Source: Paraspadella gotoi
Taxonomy: Eukaryota; Animalia; Chaetognatha
NCBI GenBank assembly: GCA_051294375.1
Contig: CM119263.1
Coordinates: forward strand, 23,785,310 to 23,849,309
DNA: 64,000 bases
Direction of reading: 5' to 3'
This document shows positions 1 to 14,608 of the stretch, piece after piece. The notes under the pieces were generated by a model, which saw only the letters and a list, made by a program, of their open reading frames with translations, did not search any database and was not told where the DNA came from. Within the stretch, counting starts at the first letter, position 1; every line of letters begins with the position of its first letter. The translations under genes were made by a program, and so were the position numbers.

Positions 1-1037
1 TAAAATTATACTAGAAACTGTACAGGATTGTGAAAATTTTTGACTGTATGGTTAAAAAAAAACAGTGTAATACAGGGCTTCGCTAAAAAATCGAAAGGGA
101 TCGATAAAATCATTATTCATTAAGAATATTTTTTTTTACTTTTTTAAAATAGTAGAATATGCAAAGAAAATTAAAAAAGCGTGAAATTTAATGTGAACCA
201 GCTTGTAGGGAATGGGGGGACAAAGTCAAACAGAAACAACTCAGAGATCAACAGATCAAGAAATAAAGGGTCCGAATTCCGAAAGTGCCCTTAAGATATT
301 TGTCGTCGTATTCTATTGCATTAGGATAGTAAAGCGGAAAAAAGACCCCATTATAATCCGAGACATCCGAGGTTGTACGAACTACGAACATCCATAAACC
401 TTTTATCCAACTCCCGGGAAAAGAAAAACGAATCCACAACCCGAGGAACATTTTTGACGAAAAACACGCAACAAATCGAAAAAACAAGCGAGACGCCGAC
501 GACGAAAACGACGCAAACATCCAAAACAACGACAACAACGACAACAACTAAAAAGACTATTGACCGATCGAGAGAGAAACCGCAAAAAAATGGGGAAAAA
601 ACTTGGAAAAATATGAAGAAAAGAAGAAAAGAGAAGAGAAGAAAATAAAAGAAAAGAAAAATAAAGAAAAGAAAAGAAAAAAATAAAATAAAAGGAAAAA
701 AAAAAGGAAAGAAAAGAAAAGAAAAGAAAAGAAAAGAAAAGAAAAGAAAAGAAAAGAAAAGAAAAGAAAAGAAAAGAAAAGAAAAGAAAAGAAAAGAAAA
801 AAAAAGAAAAGAGCTCCAAAAACCGCGAGGACGAAAACCACAAAAACCCACGCATCATTTTCTTTCTTTCTTTCTGTTTTCTCTCCTTTTTTATTCTTCT
901 TTTTCGTCTTTCCTTCCGTCTTCTTTCTTTTCTTCGTCTTTCTCTTCTGCCTTCGAGCCCGCGACTCTCTCGCTTCCATCCAGAATCCCGCCGTTTTTTT
1001 TCTTTTCGCGATTGATGTTAGTTTGGACGCTGCGTTA

Positions 1038-1081
<44 letters not shown>

Positions 1082-1166
1082 CTCTCTCTCTTCTCTCTCT
1101 CTCTCTCCATCATCTTTTCTACCATCGTTAATTTTACTTCGAGTCATTTTGACTGATATAATGTAT

Positions 1167-1217
<51 letters not shown>

Positions 1218-1280
1218 TCTTTCTTTCTTTCTTTCTTTCTTTCTCTTTCTTTCTTTCTCTTTTAACTCACTCAGTTCATT

Positions 1281-1315
<35 letters not shown>

Positions 1316-1327
1316 TCTCTCGTCCTG

Positions 1328-1366
<39 letters not shown>

Positions 1367-1747
1367 TTCTCTCTCTCTCTCTCCTCCCTTCGACTTTCTT
1401 TTCAATATCTTAGACTCGTCCTCAATTTCGCCATTCACGGTTTCTTCCATTCGTAAGAAAGAAAAAAAAAATCGTTTTACTGGAAGTCATTTTTCATTTC
1501 TCGTTTTGTTCCGACGACGCTCGGAGTCACAGTCCCTTTTTATGCGTCGAACGCCATTTTTCTCTCCACCCGGTTCTCTACATCGTGTCCTAAACAAGTT
1601 TTAGTTAAAGTATAAAAATTAAAAAAAAGACTAAGTCGAAGGAAAAAAATTAAATGCGAGCTAAAACAAATATGTAATTTTTCAATAAATAAATAAATAA
1701 AAATGAAAGAAAAGAAACGGAAAGCGAAGACGGAATTAGGTATAATA
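1..1747 (+). repeat. Copy 1 of a ~1.75-kb direct duplication (copy 2 at 2837-4617)
   Basis: Both copies start TAAAATTATACTAGAAACTGTACAGGAT and run colinearly to ...TAGGTATAATA. Differences are mostly 1-2 bp indels. Copy 1 ends at a 25-N gap (1748-1772). Confidence 0.95.
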
Positions 1748-2836
1748 NNNNNNNNNNNNNNNNNNNNNNNNNTCTCGCAATATCTAACCTCTCTCTCTCT
1801 GCCTAAAACTAACCTTTCTTCACCTCGACCTCTATCCTTTTTCTCAAATCTTGTTTAAAATTTTCTCTCTCTCTTTCTCTCTCTTTTCTCCTCCTCTTCC
1901 CTTACTCTCAACTAATTCTCACTCTCTCTTCCTTCTCTCCTCTCTCTCCCAAATATTTCTTGTGAAGTATAAAACTGTTGGACAATTCATAAATGCGGAT
2001 GAAGACTTTAATTAAAGGTTGATAGGTTCATAGTAAAATTTACAAGTTCATTTTTATGTACTTTCATGCTAATATTTTTATTCTTATGAACAAATCATTT
2101 TTCAGGCAGTTCTTTGTATTTTGCTTCTCTTTCTTACTCTCTCTCTCTCTCTACCTGACTTTTTCTGGAACAATTTACTTTTACTCTGGACTGCCTTTAA
2201 AAATGATTAGTTCATAAGAATCAAAATGTTTGCAAAAAAGTAAGAGAATTATACTTATAAATCCTACACGAATTGCTTAATACTAAATATTTTTTATTCC
2301 TTGTCAAAAAAAGTTATATGCTTAATACAAATCATTATCTACTTGCTGCATATTGCATGTCCTTCAACAACGAATAAAGAAATACTATTAATTCTGAATT
2401 TTAACAGTACTAAGCAACGAATATTTTTGTAACTGATATTTATTTTGTCATTTAGAGCTATGATAGTTTTTTTATGATATATATGATAATTCTTTGTGAT
2501 ACAACTATAATATGACAATAGAAAAACAATTATATTTATAGTTGATCAAAAACTATTAATATGCGTATTTTATTAGTTTTGAGCGTCATTTCCGTTTTTA
2601 GACACGCCCACTATGGGTAAGAACCTTTTTAAAAAAAAAATTTTAAAGTAAAACTTATTAAATAATGAGAGTAACTTAAAATTTAGGCGATTATTATTTT
2701 TATAAAACTATTTTTCTTATCTTGCAATTAAAGAAAAGAAAAATTCCATGTTGTAGTCAACGTAACTCCGGTCAATTGTGCGTAGGTCTCACGCAAAATC
2801 TGGATTGACGACACCTTGTTAATCGTTTTAAGCACT

Positions 2837-3879
2837 TAAAATTATACTAGAAACTGTACAGGATGGCTGAAAATTTTTGACTGTATGGTTAAAAAAAAAC
2901 AGATGTAATACAGGGCTTCGCTAAAAAATCGAAAGGGATCATAAAATCATTATTCATTAAGAATATTTTTTTTTACTTTTTAAAATAGTAGAATATGCAA
3001 AGAAAATTAAAAAGCGTGAAATTTAATGTGAACCAGCTTGATAGGAATGGGGGACAAAGTCAAACAGAAAACAACTCAGAGATCAACAGATCAAGAAATA
3101 AAGGCGTCCGAATTCCGAAAGTGCCCTTAAGATATTTGTCGTCGTATTCTATTGCATTAGGATAGTAAAGCGGAAAAAAGACCCCATTATATCCGAGACA
3201 TCCGAGGTTGTACGAACTACGAACATCCATAAACCTTTTATCCAACTCCCGGGAAAAGAAAACGAATCCACAACCGAGGAACATTTTTGACGGAAAAACA
3301 CGCAACAATCGAAAAACAACGCGAGACGCGACGACGAAAACGACGCAAACATCCAAACAACGACAACACGACAACAACTAAAAAGACTATTGACCGATCG
3401 AGAGAGAAACCGCAAAAAAATGGGGAAAAACTTGGAAAAAATATGAAGAAAGAAGAAAAGAGAAGAGAAGAAAATAAAAGAAAGAAAAAATAAAGAAAAG
3501 AAAAGAAAAAATAAATAAAAGCGAAAAAAAGAAAAAAGAAAAAAAAAAGGAAAGAAAAGAAAAGAAAGAAAAAAAAAAGAAAGAAAGAAAAGAAAAGAAA
3601 AGAAAGAAAAGAAAAGAAAAGAAGAAAGAAAAGAAAAGAAAAGAAAAAAAAAAGAGCTCCAAAAACGCGAGGACGAAAACCACAAAACCACGCATCATTT
3701 TTCTTCTTTCTTTCTGTTTTCTCTCCTTTTTTATTCTTCCTTTTCGTCTTCTCTCCGTTCTTCTTTCTTTTCTTCGTCTTTCTTCTTTCGTGCCTTCGAG
3801 CCCGCGACTCTCTCGCTTCCATCCAGAATCCCGCCGTTTTTTTTCTTTTCGCGATTGATGTTAGTTTGGACGCTGGTTA

Positions 3880-3916
<37 letters not shown>

Positions 3917-3917
3917 T

Positions 3918-3953
<36 letters not shown>

Positions 3954-4033
3954 TCCATCATCTTTTCTACCATCGTTAATTTTACTTCGAGTCATTTGAT
4001 TGAGTACTAATGATATTATTCTATTACTCTTTC

Positions 4034-4069
<36 letters not shown>

Positions 4070-4140
4070 TTCTTTCTCTTTTCTTCTTTCTTTCTTTTCT
4101 TTCTTTCTTTCTCTTTTTTAACTCAGACTCAGTTCATTAT

Positions 4141-4193
<53 letters not shown>

Positions 4194-4194
4194 G

Positions 4195-4252
<58 letters not shown>

Positions 4253-4617
4253 CCTTCGACTTTCTTCTTCAATATCTTAGGACTCGTCCCTCAATTTCGC
4301 CATTCACGGTTTTCTTCCATTCGTAAGAAGAGAAAAAAAAATCGTTTTACTGGAAGTCATTTTTCATTTCTCGTTTTGTTCCGACGACGCTCGGAGTCAC
4401 AGTCCCTTTTTTTATCGTTTCGAACGCCATTTTTCTCTCCCACCCGGGTTTCTACATCGTGATCCTACAAGTTTAGTTAAAGTATAAAAATTAAAAAAAA
4501 AGACTAAGTCGAAGGAAAAAAATTAAATGCGAGCTAAAACAAATATGTAATTTTTCAATAATATAAATAAATAAAAATGAAAAAAAAGGAAACGGAAGAG
4601 CGAATTTAGGTATAATA
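2837..4617 (+). repeat. Copy 2 of the ~1.75-kb direct duplication
   Basis: Colinear with 1-1747, including the (GAAAA)n, (CT)n and (CTTT)n tracts. Confidence 0.95.
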
Positions 4618-5159
4618 ATTTTCCAAATTTATGTAATTTTCCACTCTTTTTTGCTACAAAATATGTTACCTTTTAATTAACAAGTATAACTATTAATTAT
4701 TATTTTTATTATTGCTCCGTTTTTTTTAATAGGTTGGAGTACGAATCAAACAAAACTCTTTTCTTCATAAAACTTTTTTCACTTCACTTTGAATTTTTCC
4801 CTTCCTTTCGGATTTCACGTCTTCCGTCATCCCTCGTCCATTTTTATCGCGCGTCACTCGATTAATCCGCCTTGACGTTCCATCTCCGCGTGTCGGTGTC
4901 ACAACACGCCGCCAACCGGCGTCGTCCGCGTCTCAACGACGCTCCTACCGGCGCGGCGTCTCCCGTTTTCGGCGTCATTCCGATTTTTCAACTTTTCTTT
5001 TTTTCTATGTGATGTGACTTCTTTGGAGTCTTAAAGAGTAAATGACAGTTCTTCTTTTCTTTTCTTTTCTTTTCTTTCTTTTTCTTTTCTTCTTCATATT
5101 TTTCCAAGTTTTTCCCCATTTTCTTTTCTTTTCTTTTCTTTCCTATCATTTTTAGTTGA

Positions 5160-5240
5160 GCCGCCTTCAGGAAATCCTAAAACTATAAGGATTAAAAGAC
5201 GTAATTTTGATGCAGTGCTTGTCATAATTACACGGACTAA
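5160..5240 (-). repeat. Dispersed repeat fragment (same family as 13968-14177 and 32904-33096)
   Basis: The reverse complement matches ATGACA.GCACTGCATCAAAATTACGTCTTTTA...TTTTAGGATTTCCTGAAGGCGG in the other two copies. Confidence 0.8.
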
Positions 5241-5713
5241 GAAAGTTATTGTTATATATATATTATTAAAGTACATGTCACGAGTGATAATGCAATCACC
5301 GCGGCGCAACACATTTGAATTACCGTTCTATTTTTCTTATACTTCAGTTTTCGTTTCGTAAGAAACTTTATTCCTTCCTTCCTTCCTTCTTTTTATTCAG
5401 TTCTGATCTCCTCTTTTTTGTCTTTTTTTTAATATATTTTTATTTTTTTCTTTTAAATTTTTTAAATTTCCCTTTATTATATTTCCACCTTTAATTTCTT
5501 TTTTTCCTTTCCTTATTCTTTTTTTTTATCCCGAAATAGGCAATGAAAAATGCGGGACCTCTCTTTGCTTTGGTGTCTTCCATTTGAGCATCAGGCTTCC
5601 AAATATACTCTCCTATCATTTACGCCATTCTGCGATAAATAAAGTACTCTGGCAGGGAGAAGAGAGAGAGAGAGAGAGACGAGAGAGAAGAGAGAGAGAG
5701 AGAGGAGGGGTGG

Positions 5714-5752
<39 letters not shown>

Positions 5753-6362
5753 CGAGTGAGAAGGGCGGTCACCGTTTTGACCCCTCTTTTCCAATAAAGA
5801 TTATTTTTATTCTGTTCTCTCTCACATTCTGGCGAACGTTTTAAGATATATAAACAGATATCGAAAAAAGTATGAACGCCCTTGATCGGGAAACTTATCT
5901 GCTCACGGAATATCTCTTAATATCTCTTAACACGCGTGTTGTTTTATTTCACAATATCGCTGTTTGTTTAGTAAAACACACACAAAAAAAAAAAAAAAAT
6001 AGAACCGAATTTTCTCTTCTTTCTCCTTACCCCTCAGTCTCAAATATTAAACTGAGGTATAGATTTTTATTATTCTTTGTCGGGAGTGATAGCTCATGAG
6101 TCATGACTCATGATTCACAATTCCCAACTGATCTCAAGTAAATTCTCTGCTGAATCTTCGTCAACATTTTTTTTCACCTTCATCTTCATCATCTTTATTA
6201 TTCATTGATACAGGTCTTATAGGCATTTCCTTTCTCGTAGTCACTATCGTCTTGATCACCGCCATCTTCTTCGTCATTATCATCGTTTTCACGTGCATCC
6301 GCGCGCGCTCTGGCTCGTTCCAAGGCGCGCGCGCCCTCGAGCGACGCGCCAACGCGACTTTG

Positions 6363-6437
<75 letters not shown>

Positions 6438-6869
6438 GCTCTCTTCGCTTGCTTTGTACCCAGATCAAAGCGCCGCGATTTCTTGCTCCGCCCCCCACGA
6501 CCATCTGGACGCCCGGGCATCCGCGCTCGATTTTGTTTTCGTTCGTCGCTAAGCAACGTCGCCGTCGTCGTCACGCGATTTTGTTGACGACAGAAGATGC
6601 GCCAACGGATTTTTTTTTCCGAATTGCTCCCTCTCTCTCTTTCTCTTTCTGTCTTTTTTTCTTTCCATCTCACTCTGTTATTATTCCCTCTCATGTATGA
6701 CCCCCCACTCGATCGCGCATGCGAGTGACGTCAACAGCTTTTCAGAGAGAGAGGGAGAGAGAGGGAGAGAGAGGGAGAGAGAGAGAGTTTTCGGGGGAGC
6801 TCGTGATTCGCTTCCGGGGCCAAGAGCTGGCGCGATATTTATTGGCCATTTTCCCCCGTCGGTTTTCTT

Positions 6870-6992
<123 letters not shown>

Positions 6993-7302
6993 ACGACGAA
7001 AACGGTTTTTGTCTCTCCGAGTTGAGTTATGGTCAGCGAACCCGTGATTTTCTTCACCAAACGGATTTTTACGACTTTTCTTCGTCGAAGCGAAAGAATT
7101 TGGGGGAAACAGGGCGATTAGCTACAGTGACTCCTTCTCTCTCTCTCTCTCTCTCTGGCTTCCTTTTTGCTTTCCAGCACAACGGCTTTCTTCCTTATTT
7201 TTGTTTAAATTTTTTATTCAGTTCTTACTTTCTTGCTTGCTTGTTTACTTTTCGTCTTTCTTTTTTTCTTTCTTTTTTTCTTTCTTTCTTTCTTTCTTTC
7301 TT

Positions 7303-7346
<44 letters not shown>

Positions 7347-8302
7347 TTTTTTCTTTCTCTCTTTCTGTCTTTTATTTTTTCTTTCTTTTTCATTTCTTAT
7401 TTCTTTCTTTAAATTTTTCTTTTTTCTTTTATTCTATCCGTTTTTCGCTCGTATTTATGTATTTCGCCAATTCTCTTTCCCCTATCTTTCACTTCCCTTT
7501 TTCCTTTTCCTTTTCCTTTTTTCCCTTCCCCTTTTCCCCTTTCCTCTTCCATCACCTTTATCTTTCCCTTCCCTCTTTCCTTTCCATACTTTCCAACGTT
7601 CGAATAAATTTCCCCCAAAATTCGGCGAGTTACATTTTTAAAACCGCGCTGAGGGAAAGTCCCGTCGATGAATAATTCATCCTCCCTCTTTCTTTTCCTT
7701 CGACCCGCGCGAGGACCGATCTCTCGACTTCCCTCCCCGACGTCTCAGACGCCGTCTTTACTTCCATAACCTCGCTCCACCCGCCTCGTTTTGCACTCTC
7801 TTTAAATTTCCACTCTTTTCTTGTTTACAATAATTTCTCACTTGCACTCCTTTCGAGAATGCACTCTCTTTACTCTTGCACTATTTTCTCGTTTGCACCG
7901 TTTTCTTGTTTGTAATTTTTTCTTGTTCGTTATCCTTTTTTGTTTGTACTCTTTTCTGATTATTTCTTACTTTTTTGGCGACATTTTCTTTGATTTACTC
8001 TTGCACGAATTTTTTCACTCGTCTTATTTTCCCCTCCGATTCCATGTTTTTTCAATTGGACTTCGTTTCTTGTTTGCATTCACTTCTTATTTGAACTATT
8101 TTCATGCTTTCTTTTGCATTCATTTTTTATTTGAACTCTTTTCTTCGTTGTTCTCTTTTCTCTTTTCCCCGATTGCACTCTTGGCTCAATCCATCTCCAG
8201 CGTTCCATCCCAAACTCCTTTGCATTCCCCTCTACTACGATATTCTCCTTCCAAACCGTCGCCAACTTCACAATCCATCCGCTCATCCATTTGTTTCCTA
8301 AG

Positions 8303-8345
8303 ATGGCGCAAGAGTTTCTGAGTTGCGCTCTGGATGCGGTGCCAG
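8303..8345 (+). CDS. Possible small coding exon (MAQEFLSCALDAV...), product unknown
   Basis: Pyrimidine-rich upstream sequence, open frame, CAG|GTATAA donor. It is one base out of phase with the best frame of the next exon. Confidence 0.25.
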
Positions 8346-8614
8346 GTATAACTTCCGCTAGTCTTCTTAATATTTTTTATAAATTATATTTCTCAATGCT
8401 CATTCTTCGAATAATCTATATTAATTCTTGAACGAGTCTCTCTCTTTTCACTGTTAGACTGTTTCCATAGCGACATATCGACATATCGTGTCCATCCCAA
8501 GTCTCGCGATTCTACATTTTCGGTTTGGCCCATCTGTTTTTTCTTAAAATGAATACTGTTCAGTGTTCTTTATATTTCGATTCCGTTTCAAACCCCCCAA
8601 TCTGATTGGCCCAG

Positions 8615-8701
8615 GAGCCGCCGCCGGCCCTGGACGAGTACGCCAGCGTGGATGGCTGCTCCGCCACTCTGGTGATCACCAGCTGCGACGGGAAACCTTA
8701 A
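8615..8701 (+). CDS. Possible terminal coding exon EPPPALDEYASVDGCSATLVITSCDGKP*, product unknown
   Basis: CCCAG| acceptor, then 28 codons of which 24 end in G/C in an otherwise AT-rich region, ending in TAA at 8699-8701. No family recognised. Confidence 0.4.
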   Translation, partial: EPPPALDEYASVDGCSATLVITSCDGKP

Positions 8702-9136
8702 ATCTTTTCCGCTGTCGTCCTCTTTATCCATTAACGTCGTCGTCGTCGTCGTTCTCGCTGTCGTCGTCGTTGTTGACAACAACGCGACCATCATCGTCGT
8801 CATTTGAATCTCGAATTTCGCGTCGCTTCTCTCCGATGCACTTTCATTGTTGTTTTTATCGTCGTCATTTGAATTTCGTCAACGTCGAGGATCGAATCCG
8901 TGAGTCGTGAGTTTATTCACTTTTGCGCGTGAATCGAATTCAATCGTCGCGGTTATTAGTTTTATTAGTTTTATTTTCTTCCAGGAATATCTGCCCTCAT
9001 AATCATCTTCATCGAATTACATCAACATCATCATTAATCCTTATTATTCAAATGACGATCATTGTTTTCTAAGCGACTTGGCGATCATATCTCCATCAAT
9101 CATTATAATTCATGTGAATCTCGAGCGAAAAGTGGA

Positions 9137-9183
<47 letters not shown>

Positions 9184-10484
9184 GCGTTGTCATTTTAATT
9201 TCCGTAGGAGTTGAAGACGATTGCTTCTGCGATTTGATGAGGATTCCGTGTGAGAGCCAAGAGTTCGTGGTTTTGTTAGACGCCTATCGTGCAGCAAATT
9301 TAATATTTACTACAAGTTGTGCAACAGTAACATTTCCGATGTTGTAATATAAACTAACTGAACTAACTAACGTATTCACACCATACTAACAAAGTATGCG
9401 CTTTATACTTCTGTCTTGTCCGTTACAAAATGCATTGTCCCGAGTCTCGACTGATTATATAATAATCCTATACATTGTATACATTCGTTGTCGCAGGGTC
9501 GTCATTTTCATATTATTATTTTTCCCTCTTTCTACGAGGCAGATTTTTTTTCTCTCCTCATTCACCAAAAGTCTCAAGGCAAACACCATCTTTCCCAACA
9601 TCTGCATCGTCGTCTGCTTCGTCATTTACGGCGCCATTCATCTTCGACGACGTCGTCTTCGATATCTTCGCCTCATCCTTTTGTTCTCTTCCTCTTTATT
9701 TCTTTTTCCTATTTCAGCCAGAAGAGGCGCTGGCATAAAAACCATCTCTTGCTCTCTCTTTTTTTTTTTTTGAACGTTAATGTTAAATCGAAAACCGTTT
9801 GCGGAGATTTTCAGGAGGCGCGAGAGTGGAGGCGCCACGGCTTCGAGGAAAGTTGAAGCGGCGCCATGGAGTTAAGGAGAGGCGTCGTGACATAGCTGCC
9901 ACAAGACTTTAAAAAGGCTCAGTTGCTCTATAAGGTTAACAAGGCGAAGCTCTGTCAATGTAGCGTTGAGGGGGGTCTTAGTGATGTCTTCGTCATGACT
10001 TCGCCATGTTGTTGTGGTGACTTACGCTTTTGCATTGTCACAGTAGTTTTTACCGCTCACCCTTTTTTACAATTGCGTGAGTTTCACGTCTTGATCACAA
10101 TGTTAGTATTGCTTAACTTAAACTCTAGGGGGAGCTAAATTTTCATTTCCGGACGAATTTACAGAAGAGCTCGGGAAAATTCGGTGTTTAAATCGTCATA
10201 AATTCGCAAAAGCGTTTTCTCATCAAGTTGGCACCTGAATTTTTCAACTTCTCCAAATTTTTTTTGGGTTTATATCCGAGGCGGAAATTCTTTTCCTTTT
10301 TTTTTTTTAATTTTTTTAAATTTTTGGTTTCTAAAGTCGAAACCAGGAAAAACCTTCGTCGGTGCCGAGAATTTTTTTTCTTTTTTATCCCGACATCATT
10401 TCTCCTTCTTTCCCGTCGAGCGACTTCAACGCTTCGGTTCATAACTTTATTCACAGCTCTTCCTTTAATTTTATATTTTTTTAC

Positions 10485-10536
<52 letters not shown>

Positions 10537-12033
10537 ATTTTTCTTTACTTTTTACTTTTATCGCTCTTCTTTTTCTCTTTTATATTCCTCTCTATCTATC
10601 TTCTTTTCTCCCTCTCTCGTTACTTTTCTTCTCTCTTTTATACCTCCCGCCATCATCTTACTTACTTTTTTCCTATTTCATTCCTCTTTACCTTTTTTTT
10701 TATTCCACTCTTCCTAGCCTTTTTTTTATTCTTCTTTAATTATCTATTCAGTATTTTCAGGATACTTTTGTTTTACTAGTTCCACCTATCTCTTTTTTTC
10801 CATTTCTATTTTCACCCCTTCTTTTGAAATATCCTCTAAGTTCATCCACGAATCTTTCAACTCATTAAAATTTATTTTATTTATTATCTCTCTTACCTTT
10901 TACTTTTTCCATTATCTCTCATCTTTTTCTTCCATTTTACATCATTTGCCCGCAATACCTCTTCAGTCTTCAGTCTTCATCTCACCCCACCCTTGATTTC
11001 CTTCCCCTTTCCCCCTTTTCCACCCTTTCCCCCTTTCCCTCCTCCCTTACCTCCCCTTGTGGCAGGTTTTATCTTTTCCTCTCGCTCCGTTCCATCGCGA
11101 AATCCGTTATGATGACGTCATGATGACGACGATGATGACGACGACGACGACCACGACGACGTGACGTCTGAAAGGAATTCTTTTTCTTCTCTTTTTCACA
11201 GCATTATGTTCATGGTTCAGCACCCAGTCTTGCTTGTCGGAAAAAAACAGTCTGCGGTCGATGGTTAATGACAATATATTGGAATTCTTTGTTTTTTTTT
11301 TTTTTTGTGACGTCGCAGGGACTAAAGGAGTTAAATTTACTTTTGTAAAAACTCTGTCAAACTTTGTCAGACTTTGTCATACAAAGTCAATGTCAAAAAG
11401 ACGGTTAGTCATAAGAGCCCGTTGGTAAGTTAAAACAAACAAGCGCAGTTAAGTAAACTACACCCTGAAAAATAAATTTTTTTTTTCGCTATTATTTGTC
11501 ATGAATTCATAAGGCACGTCCAGCGCCCCGTCATCTCAGATTCTCCCATCGCGACAATCATCATCTTTCATCAATTCCTCGAATCAAGCTCGAATCAAGC
11601 ACGTATAGCCCACAAATGAGACACGTATCAAGCAACAACTCCGCACCTTCATTCGCATATTAATCCATCGTCGACATCTTTTCGTATCTCTTTCTTTCTT
11701 TTTTTTTTACAGCATTAATGTCGACGTCTGAATCTCTTATCGATTTCCATCTTTTCTCCTCATCGTTTATTCATTCCTTATCATTTCTCGTTTATTCTTG
11801 ATTTCCTTTTTTTAAGACTTTTCTCTTTTAGTTTTAAGATCTTTTTACTAGTTTAATTCATTTTTTAGAGATATATAATCTATTTTCTATTCTGTTTTTT
11901 GTGTTTTTTTTTTTTTGCGTTTTGTCTTCAGATAGCGCGAAGACAGGGATCGTGTGATTCGCACGACAGAAGTAGCAAACAAAATGACAACGAGAAAACC
12001 AAATTGTCATCGAGGCCTCGAAGGAGTTCAATG

Positions 12034-12210
12034 GAAACGGGTTCAGGGGGAATCGGGTTGAGTGAAATATGGTTCAGGCACATGGGGTTTGAGAGAAACG
12101 GGTTCAGGGGGAATCGGGTTGAGTGAAATAGGGTTCAGGCACACGGGGTTTGAGGGGAACGGGTTCAGGAGGAACCAGGTTCAAGGAAATCGGGTTAACG
12201 AAAATCGGTT
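12034..12210 (+). repeat. Minisatellite of ~15-bp GGGTT-core subunits arranged as a 61-bp higher-order repeat
   Basis: GAAACGGGTTCAGGGGGAATCGGGTTGAGTGAAATA.GGTTCAGGCACA.GGGGTTTGAG occurs at 12034 and 12095, followed by a degenerate third unit. Confidence 0.9.
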
Positions 12211-13967
12211 TTTACTCGAGACTTGGGAATAGAAAACTCAGATTCAAGTAAATCAAGTTCGATGAGAGTTTGAATTTTAATTCAACGCAAACTAATCGAT
12301 ATAACTTTAGATTTTGTGACTTGAAGCTGCTCCATCTGTGATTTTTTAATGTCCTATTTTCCTCTAATCTAAAGTTCAGTAGTAAAAAGAGTTGTATTAA
12401 GTATAATGGTAATTTACAGTGGGTTTCGTCCGAGTTTGCCAAGTAAATTCAAAACGAGAGTCTGATTCGTTGTTATTGTTGTTGTTCTCGTTTCTCCGAG
12501 AGGTGAAAACGAGTAGCGACCTCTTGCCTCATTCGTTTTATGTCACAACAAAAAATGGAGACTTTTTTCTTTATTTTTCTGATTCGTCCAATGTTTTTGT
12601 TTTTGTTCATGTTTTTTATTTTGGAGACGAAAACAAACGCCGTTTTTTTTTCAGGAGTCAATCGATGTAATCTTCATTCGTCTTGTTTTTCTCGAGAAAT
12701 CGTTTTTTTGTTTTGATCGCCCAAGACAACGTCAAAAACGACGATGACGACGACGACGACGACGACGTCCTCGCCACCGGTCGCTAGCTTTCTTGCGCCT
12801 TCGAAATCACCATGGAAACGAGTTTTTTTATACGATTAGGAGAGAGAGAGAGGGACGTTTTCTTTTTTCATAAATCATTCGGTCATAAGTCAAAACAAAT
12901 CAAAACATGTCAAAACAAAAGAATTCTTTCGGTTTTCGCAAAGTTTTCTCTTTAAAAAATAAACAACAAAAAATATCTGAATCATTCCGCTGCCGAAAGT
13001 AAAGTTTATCTCCAAATTTTAGAAATTAGTTTTGTTTGTTTGCGTTTCCTTTTTGGTAATTTTAAGCCAGAAACTTTCCTCCTTTTGCCGAACTATTGTA
13101 TTGATAAATGGAGGGAAGACAAGGGCAAGGGGAGGGGTGAGGCCTGGTAAGGGGTTTCACCGTTTCACCCTTCTTGTTCCAGTTTCGCTTTGGATCGGAG
13201 TTGATTTGGCTTTTGTCCTCCGTTTCTGACCCCGTTTCTTTCTCGCGTCTGGCTGCAGGGACGACGACGACGCACACGACAGACCGACCTTACACCTCGT
13301 TGCTAATTCCTCCTCTCTCTTCTCTCTCCTCGTCCATCTCTCTCCTCTCTTCTCTCTCCTCTTCTCTCTCTCTCTCTCTCTCTCCTCTCTCCATCACCAA
13401 TATGTTCCCGCCTGCCTCCTCTTCATGCTTGTCCTTCTCAAAAATTGCGTAATGTGACTGGAAGCAAAACGATGAGACAACCCGGCGACGCCCGGGCGAC
13501 CGGAGTGACGTCAGTGACGAGCGACGCCATTTCTCCATCGTAGATNNNNNNNNNNNNNNNNNNNNNNNNNNNNNNNNNNNNNNNNNNNNNNNNNNNNNNN
13601 NNNNNNNNNNNNNNNNNNNNNNNNNNNNNNNNNNNNNNNNNNNNNNNNNNNNNNNNNNNNNNNNNNNNNNNNNNNNNNNNNNNNNNNNNNNNNNNNNNNN
13701 NNNNNNNNNNNNNNNNNNNNNNNNNNNNNNNNNNNNNNNNNNNNNNNNNNNNNNAAAAAAAAAAAATCGAAGCCAAACACGTGCAAGTGAAATATTTCGT
13801 TCTATGTTTACGCCAGGAATATAACCCTTTCGCCATACAAGCACTGTTATTAAAAATAGCCTGGTCATAGAAGCAACGACAAAAAAGAAAGTTGAATCTG
13901 AAAATGCAATCGATGCAGATGGTTAAAATGTAACGACGCTAAATGGCAAAACAAGAAAGGTAATTTC

Positions 13968-14177
13968 ATGACATGCACTGCATCAAAATTACGTCTTTTA
14001 CCCTTTATTGTTTTAGGGATTCCTGAAGGCGGCGCTTGCAGTCATTTTGATTTGAGGTTTTTCTATTTTAACAAATGAGCAACCAACTATCGGCAAATCA
14101 TATGCAATTTTAACCTAAGTGGGACAGACCGACGGACAGAAATACCGACGGACAGACATACCGACGGACCGACCGAA
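13968..14177 (+). mobile_element. Dispersed repeat core followed by a (GACC/GACG/GACA)n microsatellite; possibly a non-autonomous Helentron/HINE-like fragment
   Basis: ~130-bp core shared with 32904-33050 and partly with 5160-5240; tetranucleotide tract at 14122-14177. The class assignment is inference. Confidence 0.45.
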
Positions 14178-14489
14178 TAGTGGAATCACTGTTGACTGTG
14201 GCCCCTACGATAAAATGAGCGTGAAGAAACAAAACGAATTTATGTGTCGGTTTGTTAGGAGGAAGTCGTAAGGGAAGGAGGGAGGAAGGAAAAACTGAGT
14301 GAGAAACGGGAGAAGGGGAGGGGAATAAAGCCAAAAGGTGGAAGGATTGGGAAAGTGAAAGAAGGAAAGTTGAAAGAGAAAGGGAAAAGGATAATGGCAA
14401 GAAGAGAGGAAAGCGGGAGGAAAGAGAAGATGGGGCGAAAGGGTTTAAGAAATAAGTTGAAAGAAAGAAAGAAAGAAAGAAAGAAAGAA

Positions 14490-14533
<44 letters not shown>

Positions 14534-14552
14534 AAAAAGAAAGAAAGAAAAA

Positions 14553-14608
<56 letters not shown>

